From: Candidatus Latescibacterota bacterium
GTDB lineage: Bacteria > Latescibacterota > UBA2968 > GCA-2709665
Reading direction: 5' to 3'
Length of the DNA stretch: 64,000 nt
NCBI GenBank assembly: GCA_963667175.2
Contig: CAXXXF010000016.1
Location: 192,001-256,000 of the forward strand
The notes below the pieces were generated by a model, which saw only the letters and a list, made by a program, of their open reading frames with translations, searched no databases and had not been told where the DNA came from. The stretch's first letter is position 1; the number at the start of each line of letters is the position of its first letter. Below, piece by piece: positions 37,738 through 48,234 of this stretch. A program made the position numbers and the translations under genes.

Positions 37738-37767
37738 TTGACATCGACGTCCGAATGCGCTAATAAT
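37738..37767 (+). promoter_or_regulatory. Sigma70-type promoter of the PPK2 gene
   Basis: TTGACA-17 nt-TAATAAT. Confidence 0.55.
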
Positions 37768-37781
37768 GGGCAGGGAACCTC

Positions 37782-37849
37782 GTGTCCTGTGCCCAAGACC
37801 CTCACCACTCAACCGACGATTCAGGCAACTTGATTCGGGGACAGAACAC
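37782..37849. repeat. Short degenerate element with family B-like ends in the PPK2 leader
   Basis: GTGTCCTGT ... GGGACAGAACAC; right end identical to 36443-36454. Confidence 0.5.
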
Positions 37850-37894
37850 TCGGGCTTTTCACCTGTGCAGACTCGGACGGAGGAAGGAACACGA

Positions 37895-39382
37895 ATGCTG
37901 GAAACCGTCGATCTTACACGTAGGCTGAAAAAATCCAGGTATAAGGAACTCATTCCGGCTCTCGAACTGAAACTGGGCGATCTTCAGCGAAACGCCAGAG
38001 AGTGGAAGATCCCGATCGTGATCGTCTTCGAGGGCCTGGAGGCATCGGGCAAGGGAACCCAAACGAACAAGCTTCTGCTTGCGCTCGACCCCCGGGGCTT
38101 CAGCGTGTACCCGACCCATCCGGCCAACGAGGAAGAACGCAGAAAGCCCTTCCTCTGGCGTTTCTGGACGAAGATACCGGAGGGAGGGAGAATCGCGATT
38201 TTCGACCGGTCCTGGTACGGACGCTTTATGGTGGAGCGAATGGACAAGACCATCACCGAACGGGACTGGATGCGGGCCTACGGCGAAATCAGATCTTTCG
38301 AGAAACAGCTCGTCGACGCGGGCGCTGTCATCGTCAAAATCTTCCTGCACATTTCCCAGGCCGAACAAAGGAAACGGTTCATGAAGCTTCAGAGCAGTCC
38401 CTCGACCGCCTGGCGAATCACGGACTATGACTGGCAGAAGCACGAGAACTACCCCGAATGCCTGTCGGTGGCCTCGGAAATGCTGAAAAAAACCCATTCG
38501 GAGTTTGCGCCCTGGACCGCGGTGGCGGCTGAGGAGTGGCGATCGGCGAATATCAAGATCTTCAAAACCGTGATTAACGCCGTTGACGGCAGAATCCGTC
38601 AACTGGAAAATGGCGACCCCGCCACGCGACCAAAGCCTCAGAAACTTGAAAAAACTCCGTCGGGCTTGCTGGACAAGGTGGATCTCTCGAAATCCATGAA
38701 AAAGTCCGACTACCGAAAAGCCCTGAAAAAGTACCAGGTCCGCATCAAGAACCTGGAACACGAGGTCCATCGCCGCCGCATCCCGGTTGTGCTCGTCTAC
38801 GAAGGTTGGGACGCGGCGGGTAAAGGCGGAAACATCAAACGCCTCGTGCAGAATATGGACCCCAGAGGATATGAAGTCATTCCCGTTTCGGCGCCCAATG
38901 ACACCGAGATGGAACACCACTATCTCTGGCGATTCTGGAACCGCATGCCCAAGACCGGGCACATCACCATCTTTGACCGCTCCTGGTACGGAAGGGTCCT
39001 GGTTGAACGAATCGAGGGATTCTGTTCGGAATCGGAGTGGAAACGCGCCTACAGGGAAATCAACGAAATGGAAGAACACCTGACGAACTTTGGCGCCGTT
39101 ATCCTCAAATTCTGGATGCACGTGGACAAAGACGAACAGCTCAACCGGTTCACGGATCGAAAAAAGCATCCCCACAAGCGGTGGAAGCTGGGTGACGAGG
39201 ACTGGAGAAACCGGGAGAAGTGGGATGAATACGAGGAAGCGGTGGAGGAAATGATCCATCGCACGAGCACACCCAACGCTCCCTGGGTGATTGTCGAATC
39301 CAACTCGAAGTATTACGCCAGAATCAAGGCGTTGAAAACCGTTACCCGAAAACTGGAGTCGCGCCTCGGCATCCGGCATTGA
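37895..39382 (+). CDS. pap: Polyphosphate:AMP phosphotransferase (two-domain PPK2)
   Basis: Duplicated EGxxAxGKG, DPRG and FDRSWYGR motifs. Confidence 0.92.
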   Translation: MLETVDLTRRLKKSRYKELIPALELKLGDLQRNAREWKIPIVIVFEGLEASGKGTQTNKLLLALDPRGFSVYPTHPANEEERRKPFLWRFWTKIPEGGRIAIFDRSWYGRFMVERMDKTITERDWMRAYGEIRSFEKQLVDAGAVIVKIFLHISQAEQRKRFMKLQSSPSTAWRITDYDWQKHENYPECLSVASEMLKKTHSEFAPWTAVAAEEWRSANIKIFKTVINAVDGRIRQLENGDPATRPKPQKLEKTPSGLLDKVDLSKSMKKSDYRKALKKYQVRIKNLEHEVHRRRIPVVLVYEGWDAAGKGGNIKRLVQNMDPRGYEVIPVSAPNDTEMEHHYLWRFWNRMPKTGHITIFDRSWYGRVLVERIEGFCSESEWKRAYREINEMEEHLTNFGAVILKFWMHVDKDEQLNRFTDRKKHPHKRWKLGDEDWRNREKWDEYEEAVEEMIHRTSTPNAPWVIVESNSKYYARIKALKTVTRKLESRLGIRH

Positions 39383-39415
39383 ATCCTGGTTCTGTCGCGC
39401 GAGAGGAGAGTTGCG

Positions 39416-40669
39416 ATGCAAGTCAAGGACATTGACGTCACGTTCCTGGAGGTGCCCTTCACGCCGCACAGCAACGAACACCTCCAATATTGGCTGCCCC
39501 AGTGGCGCATCATCCAGATATGCAGGCTCACGATGGACAACGGTGTTTCGGGGTTCGGCGAAACCGTTCACAACTATACGTGGGCGCAGGTGCCGGAACG
39601 GATCGAGCGCCGGATTCGAAAACGGCCCGCCGCGGAGTTGATGTGGGACGACAGTCTCGGCGCCGGCGTGCAGATGGCGTTGTTCGACGCGGTTGGAAAG
39701 AGCCTTGGTGTGCCCGCCTACCGTTTGCTCGGCTCAAAGGTCCGGGACTGGTGCCCGATCTCGTGGTGGCACATGGACATGCCGCCCGAGGACTGGGCTG
39801 AAGAATGCCGCCAGGCCGTGAACGCCGGATACATGAGCGCCAAATTGAAAGCCCGTCCATGGTTCGATCTGCACGCATCCGTGAGAGCCGTACAGGAAGT
39901 AACACCGGACGGGTTCCATCTCGACTTCGACTACAACGGTACACTGGGCAATTCCGCAAACGCCGTGCCTCACTTGAAGGAACTCGAGGCCTACCCCGAA
40001 ATTGCCATGGTGGAAACCCCGATTCCACAGAACGACGTGGCCGGCAACCGCCAGATCCGCGCGCGTTTCAATCGGCCTCTCGCCATGCACTACGGTAGCC
40101 CGCCCGCGATCACCGCGCTGAAGGAGGACGTGACGGACGGCTTCGTGTTGTGCGCGGGCGCGTCGCGGCTGTTGAGGCAGGCCGCCGTATGCGACGAAGC
40201 CAACAAGCCCTTCTGGCTGCAGCTTGTCGGAACGGGCATAACCACGGCGTGGGCGGCGCACCTGGGCGCCGTTCTTCCGCAGGCGCGGTGGCCGGCCATC
40301 ACGTGCATGAACATCTGGGAACACCCGTTGATCGACGCGCCTCACACTGTGCGCGGCGGATTCTACAGAGTGCCTGAAGCGCCGGGACTGGGCGTCAACG
40401 TTGACGACGATGCATTGACTCGATACGCGGTTTCTCACGCCTGGTTAGATCCCCCGCGTCATCTCTACCGATACGCCCGTGGCAATGGCGAAATGACGTA
40501 CTATGCCTGCAACCGGCAGGATCTTCACCGGGTTTACGTGGAAGACGCGCAGCCGATATCCGAACCCGGCTCGATCCTGGAGATCGTTCCAGACAACGGA
40601 AGCGAGGCCTTTCGGCGCCGGTATGAGGCCGCCTCACGCAATCCGGTCAGAGAACGCGCCACGCCCTGA
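39416..40669 (+). CDS. Mandelate racemase/muconate lactonizing family enzyme
   Basis: MALFDAVGK, KLKARP, DFDYN, ETP, PGLGV. Confidence 0.87.
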   Translation: MQVKDIDVTFLEVPFTPHSNEHLQYWLPQWRIIQICRLTMDNGVSGFGETVHNYTWAQVPERIERRIRKRPAAELMWDDSLGAGVQMALFDAVGKSLGVPAYRLLGSKVRDWCPISWWHMDMPPEDWAEECRQAVNAGYMSAKLKARPWFDLHASVRAVQEVTPDGFHLDFDYNGTLGNSANAVPHLKELEAYPEIAMVETPIPQNDVAGNRQIRARFNRPLAMHYGSPPAITALKEDVTDGFVLCAGASRLLRQAAVCDEANKPFWLQLVGTGITTAWAAHLGAVLPQARWPAITCMNIWEHPLIDAPHTVRGGFYRVPEAPGLGVNVDDDALTRYAVSHAWLDPPRHLYRYARGNGEMTYYACNRQDLHRVYVEDAQPISEPGSILEIVPDNGSEAFRRRYEAASRNPVRERATP

Positions 40670-40696
40670 CGATTCTGCTCTCACGTCCACCTTAAT

Positions 40697-40735
40697 GATC
40701 AAGAGGGGCTTCCTTCAAGGAAGCCCCTCTTGATC
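40697..40735. terminator. Long perfect hairpin between convergent genes
   Basis: GATCAAGAGGGGCTTCCTT-C-AAGGAAGCCCCTCTTGATC. Confidence 0.65.
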
Positions 40736-40755
40736 CCACACCGGTCCGCGCCGGA

Positions 40756-42063
40756 TCAGCTGACAAAGGCGTCGTATATGGCTCGCACGGCCCGCTTGTA
40801 GTCGCCCTCTTCCACGCCGACGATGATGTTGATTTCAGACGCGCCCTGGTCGATCACACGGACGTTGACACTTGCGTTTGCAAGCGCGCTGAACAAACGG
40901 GCAGCAATACCGATGCGGTGCGACATGCCTTCACCAACGGTTGCGATGAGCGCCAATCCCGGCAACAGTTCCACTCGGTCGGGCTGCAGGATCCGTCGAA
41001 TGTCGTCGACGAGTCTTTCGCCTTTTTCGCCCAGTTGATCATCACGCATGATGACCGACATCGTATCGATGCCGGACGGCGTGTGCTCGTAACTGATGTC
41101 GTGCGACGCCACCACCTCCAGCACCTGCCGGCCAAAGCCTTTCTGCTGGTTCATCATTGCCTTTTCGATAAACAACATCGTAAATGCCGGCTGTCCGGCG
41201 ACACCGGCGATGAGTTCGTCGGTCAGTTCCCTGCGAGCGAGTATGCGAGTCCCCGGATCCTGAGGTCTGTTCGTATTGCGAATGTGGACGGGAATCCCGG
41301 CCGAGCGTACAGGAAACATGGCCTCGTCGTGGAAGACCGACGCCCCCATATACGCCAGTTCCCTGACCTCGCGGTACGTGATTTCACGTACCGGTCGCGC
41401 ATTCGTTACCAGGCCGGGGTCGGCCATCAGCAACCCGGACACGTCGGTCCAGTTCTCGTAGACCTCGGCGTCGACGGCCCGCGCCACGATTGCGCCGGTG
41501 ATATCGGAACCACCCCGGGAGAACGTCTTTACCGCACCGCCCGGATCGATGCCGTAGAACCCGGGCACGACGAATATCCCGTCGCTGTCGACCCGCTCCG
41601 CGAGATGGCTGTAGCTGGCGGGGTCCAGTTCACCTCCTGGACGAAAACGGATGGCTTCCGCGGCGTCAATGAAGGTTGCGTCCAGATAATCGGCCATGAC
41701 CCGACCGCAAAGATACTCGCCCCTCGAAGCGACAAAATCCCGGGATGCTCCTTGCTCGATATCCGTTCCCAAACCGTCGAGCAGCCGGCCCATATCGAGC
41801 CGGACTCCCAGTTTTGCCGCCAGTTCTTCATATCGGGAGCGCACCATTGCATAGGGCTCGGAAAAATCGAGATTCCGTCTGGCCAGTTCGTGGCACAGGT
41901 AGAGCGCGTCGGTGATCTTTGTATCCGTGTCGTCACGCTTGCCCGGCGCTGACGGGACAATAAGGCGCCGGCGCGAATCGGAATTGATGATGTGCTTAAC
42001 CTGTGCGACCTGCCGGTCATCGGCCAGGGAACTCCCGCCGAATTTACACACGACTGTTCCCAT
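40756..42063 (-). CDS. lysC: Aspartate kinase
   Basis: KFGGSS, SAPGKR, SRGE, TFSRGGSD, WTDVSG; C-terminal ACT domains. Confidence 0.95.
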   Translation of the reverse strand: MGTVVCKFGGSSLADDRQVAQVKHIINSDSRRRLIVPSAPGKRDDTDTKITDALYLCHELARRNLDFSEPYAMVRSRYEELAAKLGVRLDMGRLLDGLGTDIEQGASRDFVASRGEYLCGRVMADYLDATFIDAAEAIRFRPGGELDPASYSHLAERVDSDGIFVVPGFYGIDPGGAVKTFSRGGSDITGAIVARAVDAEVYENWTDVSGLLMADPGLVTNARPVREITYREVRELAYMGASVFHDEAMFPVRSAGIPVHIRNTNRPQDPGTRILARRELTDELIAGVAGQPAFTMLFIEKAMMNQQKGFGRQVLEVVASHDISYEHTPSGIDTMSVIMRDDQLGEKGERLVDDIRRILQPDRVELLPGLALIATVGEGMSHRIGIAARLFSALANASVNVRVIDQGASEINIIVGVEEGDYKRAVRAIYDAFVS

Positions 42064-42174
42064 TCCGGTGATTCCACCTCCGTTACACGCCCGTTCCGAA
42101 TCCGGCATTTTGCGTTGCCGGGCCGGTGGCGGGCGTCCGCGTCTTCCGATTGATTCGTGCCGACGCCGCGTGCG

Positions 42175-43095
42175 TCAGGCAGGATTCCGCTTTTGTACCA
42201 GGCGCAGTTCCTTGAGCAACTCCCTTACGGACGTGAGTTCCGGATCGATGCGGAGCGCCTCGTTCAACGCGTCGATCGCCTTCTGCAGGGCCGACGAATC
42301 ATTGCGACGATCGGACAACCTCCAGAAACACAGGCCGATTACGTGATGCGCCCTGGCCTGGTCGTCCTTTTCAAGGTACTGATACGCCAGTGCTTTGCTG
42401 GCCAGGTCGATGCCTTCCTCGTAGCGGGCCGCCCGGAAGGTGTAATACGCCGCGAACACCCTTGCATGGGCAATCGCATCATCTCCAACGCCGTATTCCA
42501 GTCCCCTACGCACAATCCGAAGCGCTTCGGAATAACGCCTGATCCCCTCCAGCATTCGCGCGACGTCGGTGGCCTGACGACACAATCTGTCTTTCCAGGC
42601 TTTATCCTCTTCAGTCGGACGAAATTCGTAATTCGACCATAGACTGTCCTGCCGCCCCCAGGCGACAAGCACGCTTTGTATCAACTCGGGACGACCCGTC
42701 ATGGCCCCGGATCGGGAGGCCAGGTACGTATTGTTGTAATAGAACCGACCCAGTGCCCGGACAACCGGCGGGTATCCCGGCGCGACAGAATCCACGCGCG
42801 CATAGACAGGGATCCATTCGCCGGCGCCAAGAGAATCCGATCCCGCCAGCAGCGCCTGGGCCATTGCAAGCTGCTCGCGCCGTACGGCCGCTTTCTTTCC
42901 GGACGGCGTCTCTCCATATTCTTCGGCGATCCCGGCGTATTGCGCGATTGTTCGAGGCAGGTCTTCGACCCGCTCTTCCAGATCTCGGAAAACCACGTAA
43001 TACAGCCGTTCCGCCTTCCTCGCCCTTCGCGCCGCTTCGTTGTCGCATCCGACGACTAAAGCCAGACTCAGGAAAAGGAAAATTGCTCGGTGCAT
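42175..43095 (-). CDS. TPR-like lipoprotein
   Basis: Lipobox VVGC; helical repeats ending EALRIDP. Confidence 0.7.
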   Translation of the reverse strand: MHRAIFLFLSLALVVGCDNEAARRARKAERLYYVVFRDLEERVEDLPRTIAQYAGIAEEYGETPSGKKAAVRREQLAMAQALLAGSDSLGAGEWIPVYARVDSVAPGYPPVVRALGRFYYNNTYLASRSGAMTGRPELIQSVLVAWGRQDSLWSNYEFRPTEEDKAWKDRLCRQATDVARMLEGIRRYSEALRIVRRGLEYGVGDDAIAHARVFAAYYTFRAARYEEGIDLASKALAYQYLEKDDQARAHHVIGLCFWRLSDRRNDSSALQKAIDALNEALRIDPELTSVRELLKELRLVQKRNPA

Positions 43096-43213
43096 TGCAA
43101 ATCGCTCCCCGTGTGTGTTTTTTTGTGCGCAATCATTGCGGGACGCACGACCGTTTTGCCCGTACGTCGCGTCCGTGCGTCCGTGGTTTCGGACTTGAAG
43201 GGGTACGCCAACG

Positions 43214-44182
43214 CTACTCGATGTCCGCGCGAATCGGCATCTCCGACCTGCCTTTTCGGCTCATCTTGTCGATCAGCCTCCGATTGAACTCGCGCGCCGT
43301 GTGATACCCTTGAATCTTGAGTTGATAATTCAGCGCGATGGCTTCCGCGATGACCGTGATATTCTTGCCCGGATATATCGGCACGGTCACCTGTGGAATC
43401 TCCACGTCGAGAATCGACACCCAGTCCTCCTCCAGCCCCACCCGCTCGTAGGACTCGGTCTCGTCCCATTCCACGAGTTGAACGACGACCTCCACCCGTT
43501 TCTGTATCCGAAACGCGCCGATACCGAACATATGCCGGACGTTCAGAATTCCCAGACCGCGGACTTCCATATGATCCCGAAGCGTATCTCCGCATGTCCC
43601 AACCAGAATACCCTGGAGCTTTCTGGAGACCAGCACGATGTCGTCTGCTACCAGCCGGTGCCCGCGTTCGACGAGGTCCAGTGCAATTTCACTCTTCCCG
43701 ATCCCGCTTCGACCGGTAAACAGAAGACCGATTCCGTAAACATCCACGAGAGACCCGTGGATGGCAGTCCGAGGCGCGAAGACGTCGTCCAGATAGTATG
43801 AGAATAAGTGAGAAAACTTCGTGGTTGAGAACGGTGTGACCATCAGCGGAATGCCCCGCTGTCCTGCAAGTTCCAACAGGGTCCCGGGTACCTCGTTTCC
43901 GTCGGTAACCACCACACAAGGGATGTCGAACTGAAAAACGGTTTCGAGTACCGTGCGCAGTCTGCGGGCAGACAGGCCGTCGAGGTACAACATCTCGGAG
44001 TTGCCGAGTACCTGCGCACGGTCGAAGGTAAATAGTCCTACAAACCCTGCCAGAACGAGACCGGGCCGGTGCACGTCGCTGGACGTCAGTTTCTTGTCCG
44101 TGTTTTCGTGGCCGGCAATCAACTTCAGAGCCAGCTTCTCGCCGAATTGTTCAAGGACTTCCGCGATTGATATTTCCTGCAC
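43214..44182 (-). CDS. hprK: HPr kinase/phosphorylase
   Basis: HRPGL, HGSLVDVYG, GRSGIGKSE, GHRLVADD, MEVRGLG, PGKN. Confidence 0.96.
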   Translation of the reverse strand: MQEISIAEVLEQFGEKLALKLIAGHENTDKKLTSSDVHRPGLVLAGFVGLFTFDRAQVLGNSEMLYLDGLSARRLRTVLETVFQFDIPCVVVTDGNEVPGTLLELAGQRGIPLMVTPFSTTKFSHLFSYYLDDVFAPRTAIHGSLVDVYGIGLLFTGRSGIGKSEIALDLVERGHRLVADDIVLVSRKLQGILVGTCGDTLRDHMEVRGLGILNVRHMFGIGAFRIQKRVEVVVQLVEWDETESYERVGLEEDWVSILDVEIPQVTVPIYPGKNITVIAEAIALNYQLKIQGYHTAREFNRRLIDKMSRKGRSEMPIRADIE

Positions 44183-44321
44183 ACGGCGCTCCGGATTCCG
44201 GCAATGGCGCAAGCCTGAAGACGAGGATCAGGCGACAGAATCCGGATGACCGGCACGCCATTCGCCACCCCGAGGACGAACGCACATAACCTTTAGATTA
44301 ATAGGTTGTTGCAGGAGTCGG

Positions 44322-44350
44322 AATATAGGTCAAAACACCAACCCTGTCAA
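44322..44350 (-). promoter_or_regulatory. Sigma70 promoter of hprK
   Basis: TTGACA-17 nt-TATATT. Confidence 0.7.
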
Positions 44351-44383
44351 GAAGATGGATCCCTTCGATGCGGGACTTCGAGC

Positions 44384-44412
44384 TTGACTTGAACCGGCCG
44401 AGACGCTATACT
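44384..44412 (+). promoter_or_regulatory. Divergent sigma70 promoter of the membrane-protein pair
   Basis: TTGACT-17 nt-TATACT. Confidence 0.7.
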
Positions 44413-44458
44413 CCGTGCGCGGTCCGATCCCCAGTCGCAGTGGCAGAACCGAGTACGG

Positions 44459-45676
44459 GTGGAACCCATGCAATTCATCGCCAGCTTCTACGTCATCTAC
44501 GCGATCTGCCTGATCTGCCGAAATCTGTTCGTACGGCGCAAACTTGCAGCGCCTCTCGACAGTCTGCGAACGAGCCACCTGCATTTCGTTCCCATCGGGT
44601 TGGCCGTTGGCTTCATCCTGTCAATGGAGAACAGCCCTGCGGCGATCGTTGGAGACATCAAGGAAGGCCTGTTGGGCGTTATACTGGTCTGGTTCGGCAT
44701 CGTCACCGGGCTACGGTTCGACTTTCGCCGCCTGGGTCGACGCGCATCGCGTGATCATGCACTCGAAGGTCTCCAGGTCCTGGGAACCGCCGCCCTTGTC
44801 TTTTTTCTGGCCCTGTTGTGGAGGCCGGTGTTGCGGTACCAAATGGGCATTGCGGCCGAACCCGCCCTTGTCGCGTTGCTGCTGGCGACGCTGGCAACCA
44901 CGCTACGTATGCCGGATCGGGTCTTTCACGTCCGATCCGATCTTTCAACGCCCGGCGTCGAAAATGCACCCGCGGGACCGCTGATTACCAATGCGGCTGG
45001 GATGACGCTGCTTACGGTTCTTTACCCCTATTGCGCGGGCGGGACCGTTCTTGAATTGGGGCCGCTCACGCTGGTCAGCATCGGCAGTTTCTGGGCGCTA
45101 ATTGCGTGCGTGGGTGTTCTTCTGGGCCTATTGCTCACCCTTATCTTCAGCACCTTCCAGGACGATGTCCTGTGCGCGATTGTCGCAACGGGCACCGTCG
45201 CTACGGTCGGCGGTCTGTGTGCAGGCAAGGCGATTCCGGGTATTGTCGTGGGATTCATCTCCGGCGTATGGTTTATCAATACGACCACGCGGCGGCGGGA
45301 CGCGCTGGAGATTCTCGAAAAGACCACCGGCATCCTGCAGCCGGTCTTTTTTCTTGTTCTGGGGGCCCTGCTCGTAACACAGAACCTCACCGTGTTACGA
45401 TTGACCGCTTTCACCCTTCTGTTTCTCGTCGCCAGAAGTCTCGCGAGGGGAATCAGCCTGGCGGTTGCCGCCCGAGTGACCCGCTGCCCCCTTTCGCTGA
45501 CCGATATTATCGGTTCCGCGCTCAGGCCCCTCGGTACGTTGTCCGTCGCGCTGGCAGCGCAGCTGCTCCTGTTGGATTCCGGGCCCAACCTTTACGCCCT
45601 GATTGGCGCCGTCATGATTGCGGCCGCGATCGGTCAGGTGATCCCGTTACCGAAACCACGAGACGCTGCCGGCTGA
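44459..45676 (+). CDS. Polytopic membrane protein, cation:proton antiporter-like
   Basis: About 12 hydrophobic segments; GLRFDFRRL; PVFFLVLGA. Confidence 0.6.
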   Translation: MEPMQFIASFYVIYAICLICRNLFVRRKLAAPLDSLRTSHLHFVPIGLAVGFILSMENSPAAIVGDIKEGLLGVILVWFGIVTGLRFDFRRLGRRASRDHALEGLQVLGTAALVFFLALLWRPVLRYQMGIAAEPALVALLLATLATTLRMPDRVFHVRSDLSTPGVENAPAGPLITNAAGMTLLTVLYPYCAGGTVLELGPLTLVSIGSFWALIACVGVLLGLLLTLIFSTFQDDVLCAIVATGTVATVGGLCAGKAIPGIVVGFISGVWFINTTTRRRDALEILEKTTGILQPVFFLVLGALLVTQNLTVLRLTAFTLLFLVARSLARGISLAVAARVTRCPLSLTDIIGSALRPLGTLSVALAAQLLLLDSGPNLYALIGAVMIAAAIGQVIPLPKPRDAAG

Positions 45677-45700
45677 GGCGAAACGCGGGGAAAGCATCGT

Positions 45701-46891
45701 ATGAGGCGGTTCCTTATCTGCGCCATTGTATGTGCGGTTGTCTGGGGAGCCCAGTACCATTTTCCCGACGCGATTCAACCCGTAGTGTACGCCGGTCTCA
45801 TGCTGGTTGTGCCGATGACCCTGGCAAACGCATTGTCAGGGTCGGGCATTCCCGCCCACGTTATCCCCCTATTGCTGGGTTTTCTGGCCAGCGGTTCAGG
45901 ACTTCGGCACGCGGGTGCATTCATTGCAGCTGCGCCGTTTGCCGAACTCGCGCAGGCGTGGGTTGGCCTGTACCTGGGCGCCTGTTTTTCCTATCATCGG
46001 ATCCACAGCAAGAATCTCGGCGCAGCCACCCTGCTCTCCCTGGGCGCGACGTTTGCCCCGGCCGCGCTGGCGTTGTTCCTGTTCCTGGATGTCTCGGCCG
46101 TCCAGGCAATCCGTCTGGGTCTGCTTGCCGCGATGTCCGGGCCGATGTTCACGCTCATGTCTCAACCGGACCGGCGCGAGGCCCTGTCCTTCTCGCTTCT
46201 GGCTACGATGCTGGGACTCTCATGCTGGTTCGTCGTCGACCTCATCGTGAGCACGCCCGACCTGTACAGGGTCATTCCGTCATTATTAATGTGGGTGGCG
46301 GGCGTGGAACTCATCGCAAGGATAACACACACAGTCAGAACCGGACAGGGCGGTCAGGTTCTGTTCGGCGCGATTGTGGCGACACTCTTCGTCTGTGCGC
46401 AGGCGATGCATATCTCCCCGCTGTTCCTGGCGCTCGTGACCGGCGCCGGGGTTTCCGCCCGGTCCGGGAGGTCGGGGCATTCCCTGCGGGCGATGGAACC
46501 GCTGGCGGTCCCGCTCTCACACGTCGTACTCGTGTATTTTGCGGTCAGCCTTGACCTTTCCGGCCTTCTGGGGTTCTCCGCGCTCCATTGGAAGATTCTT
46601 GTCATCTATGTAGCCGCCATGCTCCTCGGCAAGACCGTCGGCGGTCTCACCGCCGTTCGTTACGCAGGTCTGTTCCTCAGGGACTGGTCGCAGACGCTTC
46701 CTCAGGGGGTTGTCGTATTCATACTTCTGCCCGAAGTGTTCCCGTCGGGATCGGATCAGGCCATTGGCGACGGGCTGACTGCCAGTGTGGTCCTTACGTG
46801 CGGCATTGTCATCCCGCTGCTGATGGCTCCCGTTCTCTACGTGTCCGATCGCATGGATCGCCGGCGCATTCCGAATAACGTGGGGCAGTAA
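45701..46891 (+). CDS. Polytopic membrane protein, cation:proton antiporter-like
   Basis: About 12 hydrophobic segments; ISPLFLALVTG, YFAVSLDL, LLGKTVG, LPQG. Confidence 0.6.
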   Translation: MRRFLICAIVCAVVWGAQYHFPDAIQPVVYAGLMLVVPMTLANALSGSGIPAHVIPLLLGFLASGSGLRHAGAFIAAAPFAELAQAWVGLYLGACFSYHRIHSKNLGAATLLSLGATFAPAALALFLFLDVSAVQAIRLGLLAAMSGPMFTLMSQPDRREALSFSLLATMLGLSCWFVVDLIVSTPDLYRVIPSLLMWVAGVELIARITHTVRTGQGGQVLFGAIVATLFVCAQAMHISPLFLALVTGAGVSARSGRSGHSLRAMEPLAVPLSHVVLVYFAVSLDLSGLLGFSALHWKILVIYVAAMLLGKTVGGLTAVRYAGLFLRDWSQTLPQGVVVFILLPEVFPSGSDQAIGDGLTASVVLTCGIVIPLLMAPVLYVSDRMDRRRIPNNVGQ

Positions 46892-46963
46892 CAAAAAAGC
46901 CACCCGCAAGCGGGATGGCCATTCTTCCATAGAACGCAGAATCGACCTGCGGAGGGCTGGACG

Positions 46964-48211
46964 CTAATTCAACCAGCCAGACACGGAGAACGTCTGCATG
47001 ACAAAACGCTCCGAAGCCCCGTGTCGGGTCACGTCACCTCGCCTGCCGAATTCAATGACGTATCGAAAATTTCCGGCGCCGCGCGTCTCAAACGGAAGCG
47101 CAATTCCCAGACTGACACCCGCCTCGCCAATCTGCGAACCTCCCGCGGTCTTGAAATAGAGCGATCTATAGTAGGCGCCTGCGGTGAGTTCGACCCGCCG
47201 ACGGGTACTATGGGGATCCGAGTCGCCGGTTCTGTACAGGACACCGCCCGCAAGGTCGGTCGTATCGTAGCGGCCCGTTTCCGTCTTTTCCCAGAATGCC
47301 CGCTCGAAATCGAGCGCGGCCAACCAGCGGGAACCCCTGCGATATGCCAGCCCCACGCCAACGCTCGCCGGCATTTTTATATCCAGTTTCGTACGCGTTT
47401 CCTCTTCGAATCCAATTTCCGAGAAGAAATTCCGCAAAATGCGAGTCTGGGTGACGGTCGATGCCGCCCGGAACGCGGTCCCGAAGAACCATCTTCCGTT
47501 CCGGGTATATACGACGCCGATCGTGGGTTGCGCGCCACTGTGCGTGCGCACGTACCGATCCTCGCTGTTCAGAAATTCCGGGATCTGCCGATTATTGGCA
47601 TCCAACAAGAAAGAACCCACCGACCCGTCCGGCCCGTGAAGACCGAAATCTTTCGTCCATGTTTCCGTGATGGTTCCAATGGATATGACACTCAGGTTCC
47701 CGCCCAGAAGAAAGCCGCCCCACCTGTGTGCGAGTCCGAACGCAAACGCCTGAATGCCACCGGTTGCACTGACACGCAACGTGTAGGGAACTGATGAGGT
47801 GCTGTCGACGCTGACAAGGTCGAAATCAAGGTCGGTCAACGGCTCCAGGCCAAGGCCGATGACTGTGCCATCCCGGATGGGTAAGACAACCTGAAATGCC
47901 CCGATATCACCCTCCGAGACGACGTGCCGACTGCGCCCGTCATTAAGGGAACGGCGCTGTACAAAGAAGCGACTCTGCAGACCGGCGCGCGAAAATGCGG
48001 CCAGAAGCGCAGGATTTGCCAAACTGAAATTCTGGCTGTCGGCAAGCGCACGGCCGGCGCCCCCCATGCCCCTCGCTCGCACGTCGACGCGACGTTCGGA
48101 ATCTCCCACGCCGTTGAAGGAGAAAATCGACTTCGCAGAGGGTGAATCCTCCAAGGCGCAGAATACAAGAAAACCGAACAATGTCGCTGAAATTCTGCTG
48201 AAACGGTTCAC
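46964..48211 (-). CDS. Outer-membrane beta-barrel protein (FadL/OmpP1-like)
   Basis: Signal peptide; SIFSFNGVGD..RARGMGGAG..NPA; alternating beta strands. Confidence 0.72.
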   Translation of the reverse strand: MNRFSRISATLFGFLVFCALEDSPSAKSIFSFNGVGDSERRVDVRARGMGGAGRALADSQNFSLANPALLAAFSRAGLQSRFFVQRRSLNDGRSRHVVSEGDIGAFQVVLPIRDGTVIGLGLEPLTDLDFDLVSVDSTSSVPYTLRVSATGGIQAFAFGLAHRWGGFLLGGNLSVISIGTITETWTKDFGLHGPDGSVGSFLLDANNRQIPEFLNSEDRYVRTHSGAQPTIGVVYTRNGRWFFGTAFRAASTVTQTRILRNFFSEIGFEEETRTKLDIKMPASVGVGLAYRRGSRWLAALDFERAFWEKTETGRYDTTDLAGGVLYRTGDSDPHSTRRRVELTAGAYYRSLYFKTAGGSQIGEAGVSLGIALPFETRGAGNFRYVIEFGRRGDVTRHGASERFVMQTFSVSGWLN

Positions 48212-48234
48212 ACTCTTCCTCGCAATAGACGATG

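Noticed and set aside
37859-39571. 570-aa antisense ORF, and other long shadow ORFs such as 34189-35463 and 45106-46554
   Set aside because: They overlap well-supported genes and are expected from GC-rich codon bias
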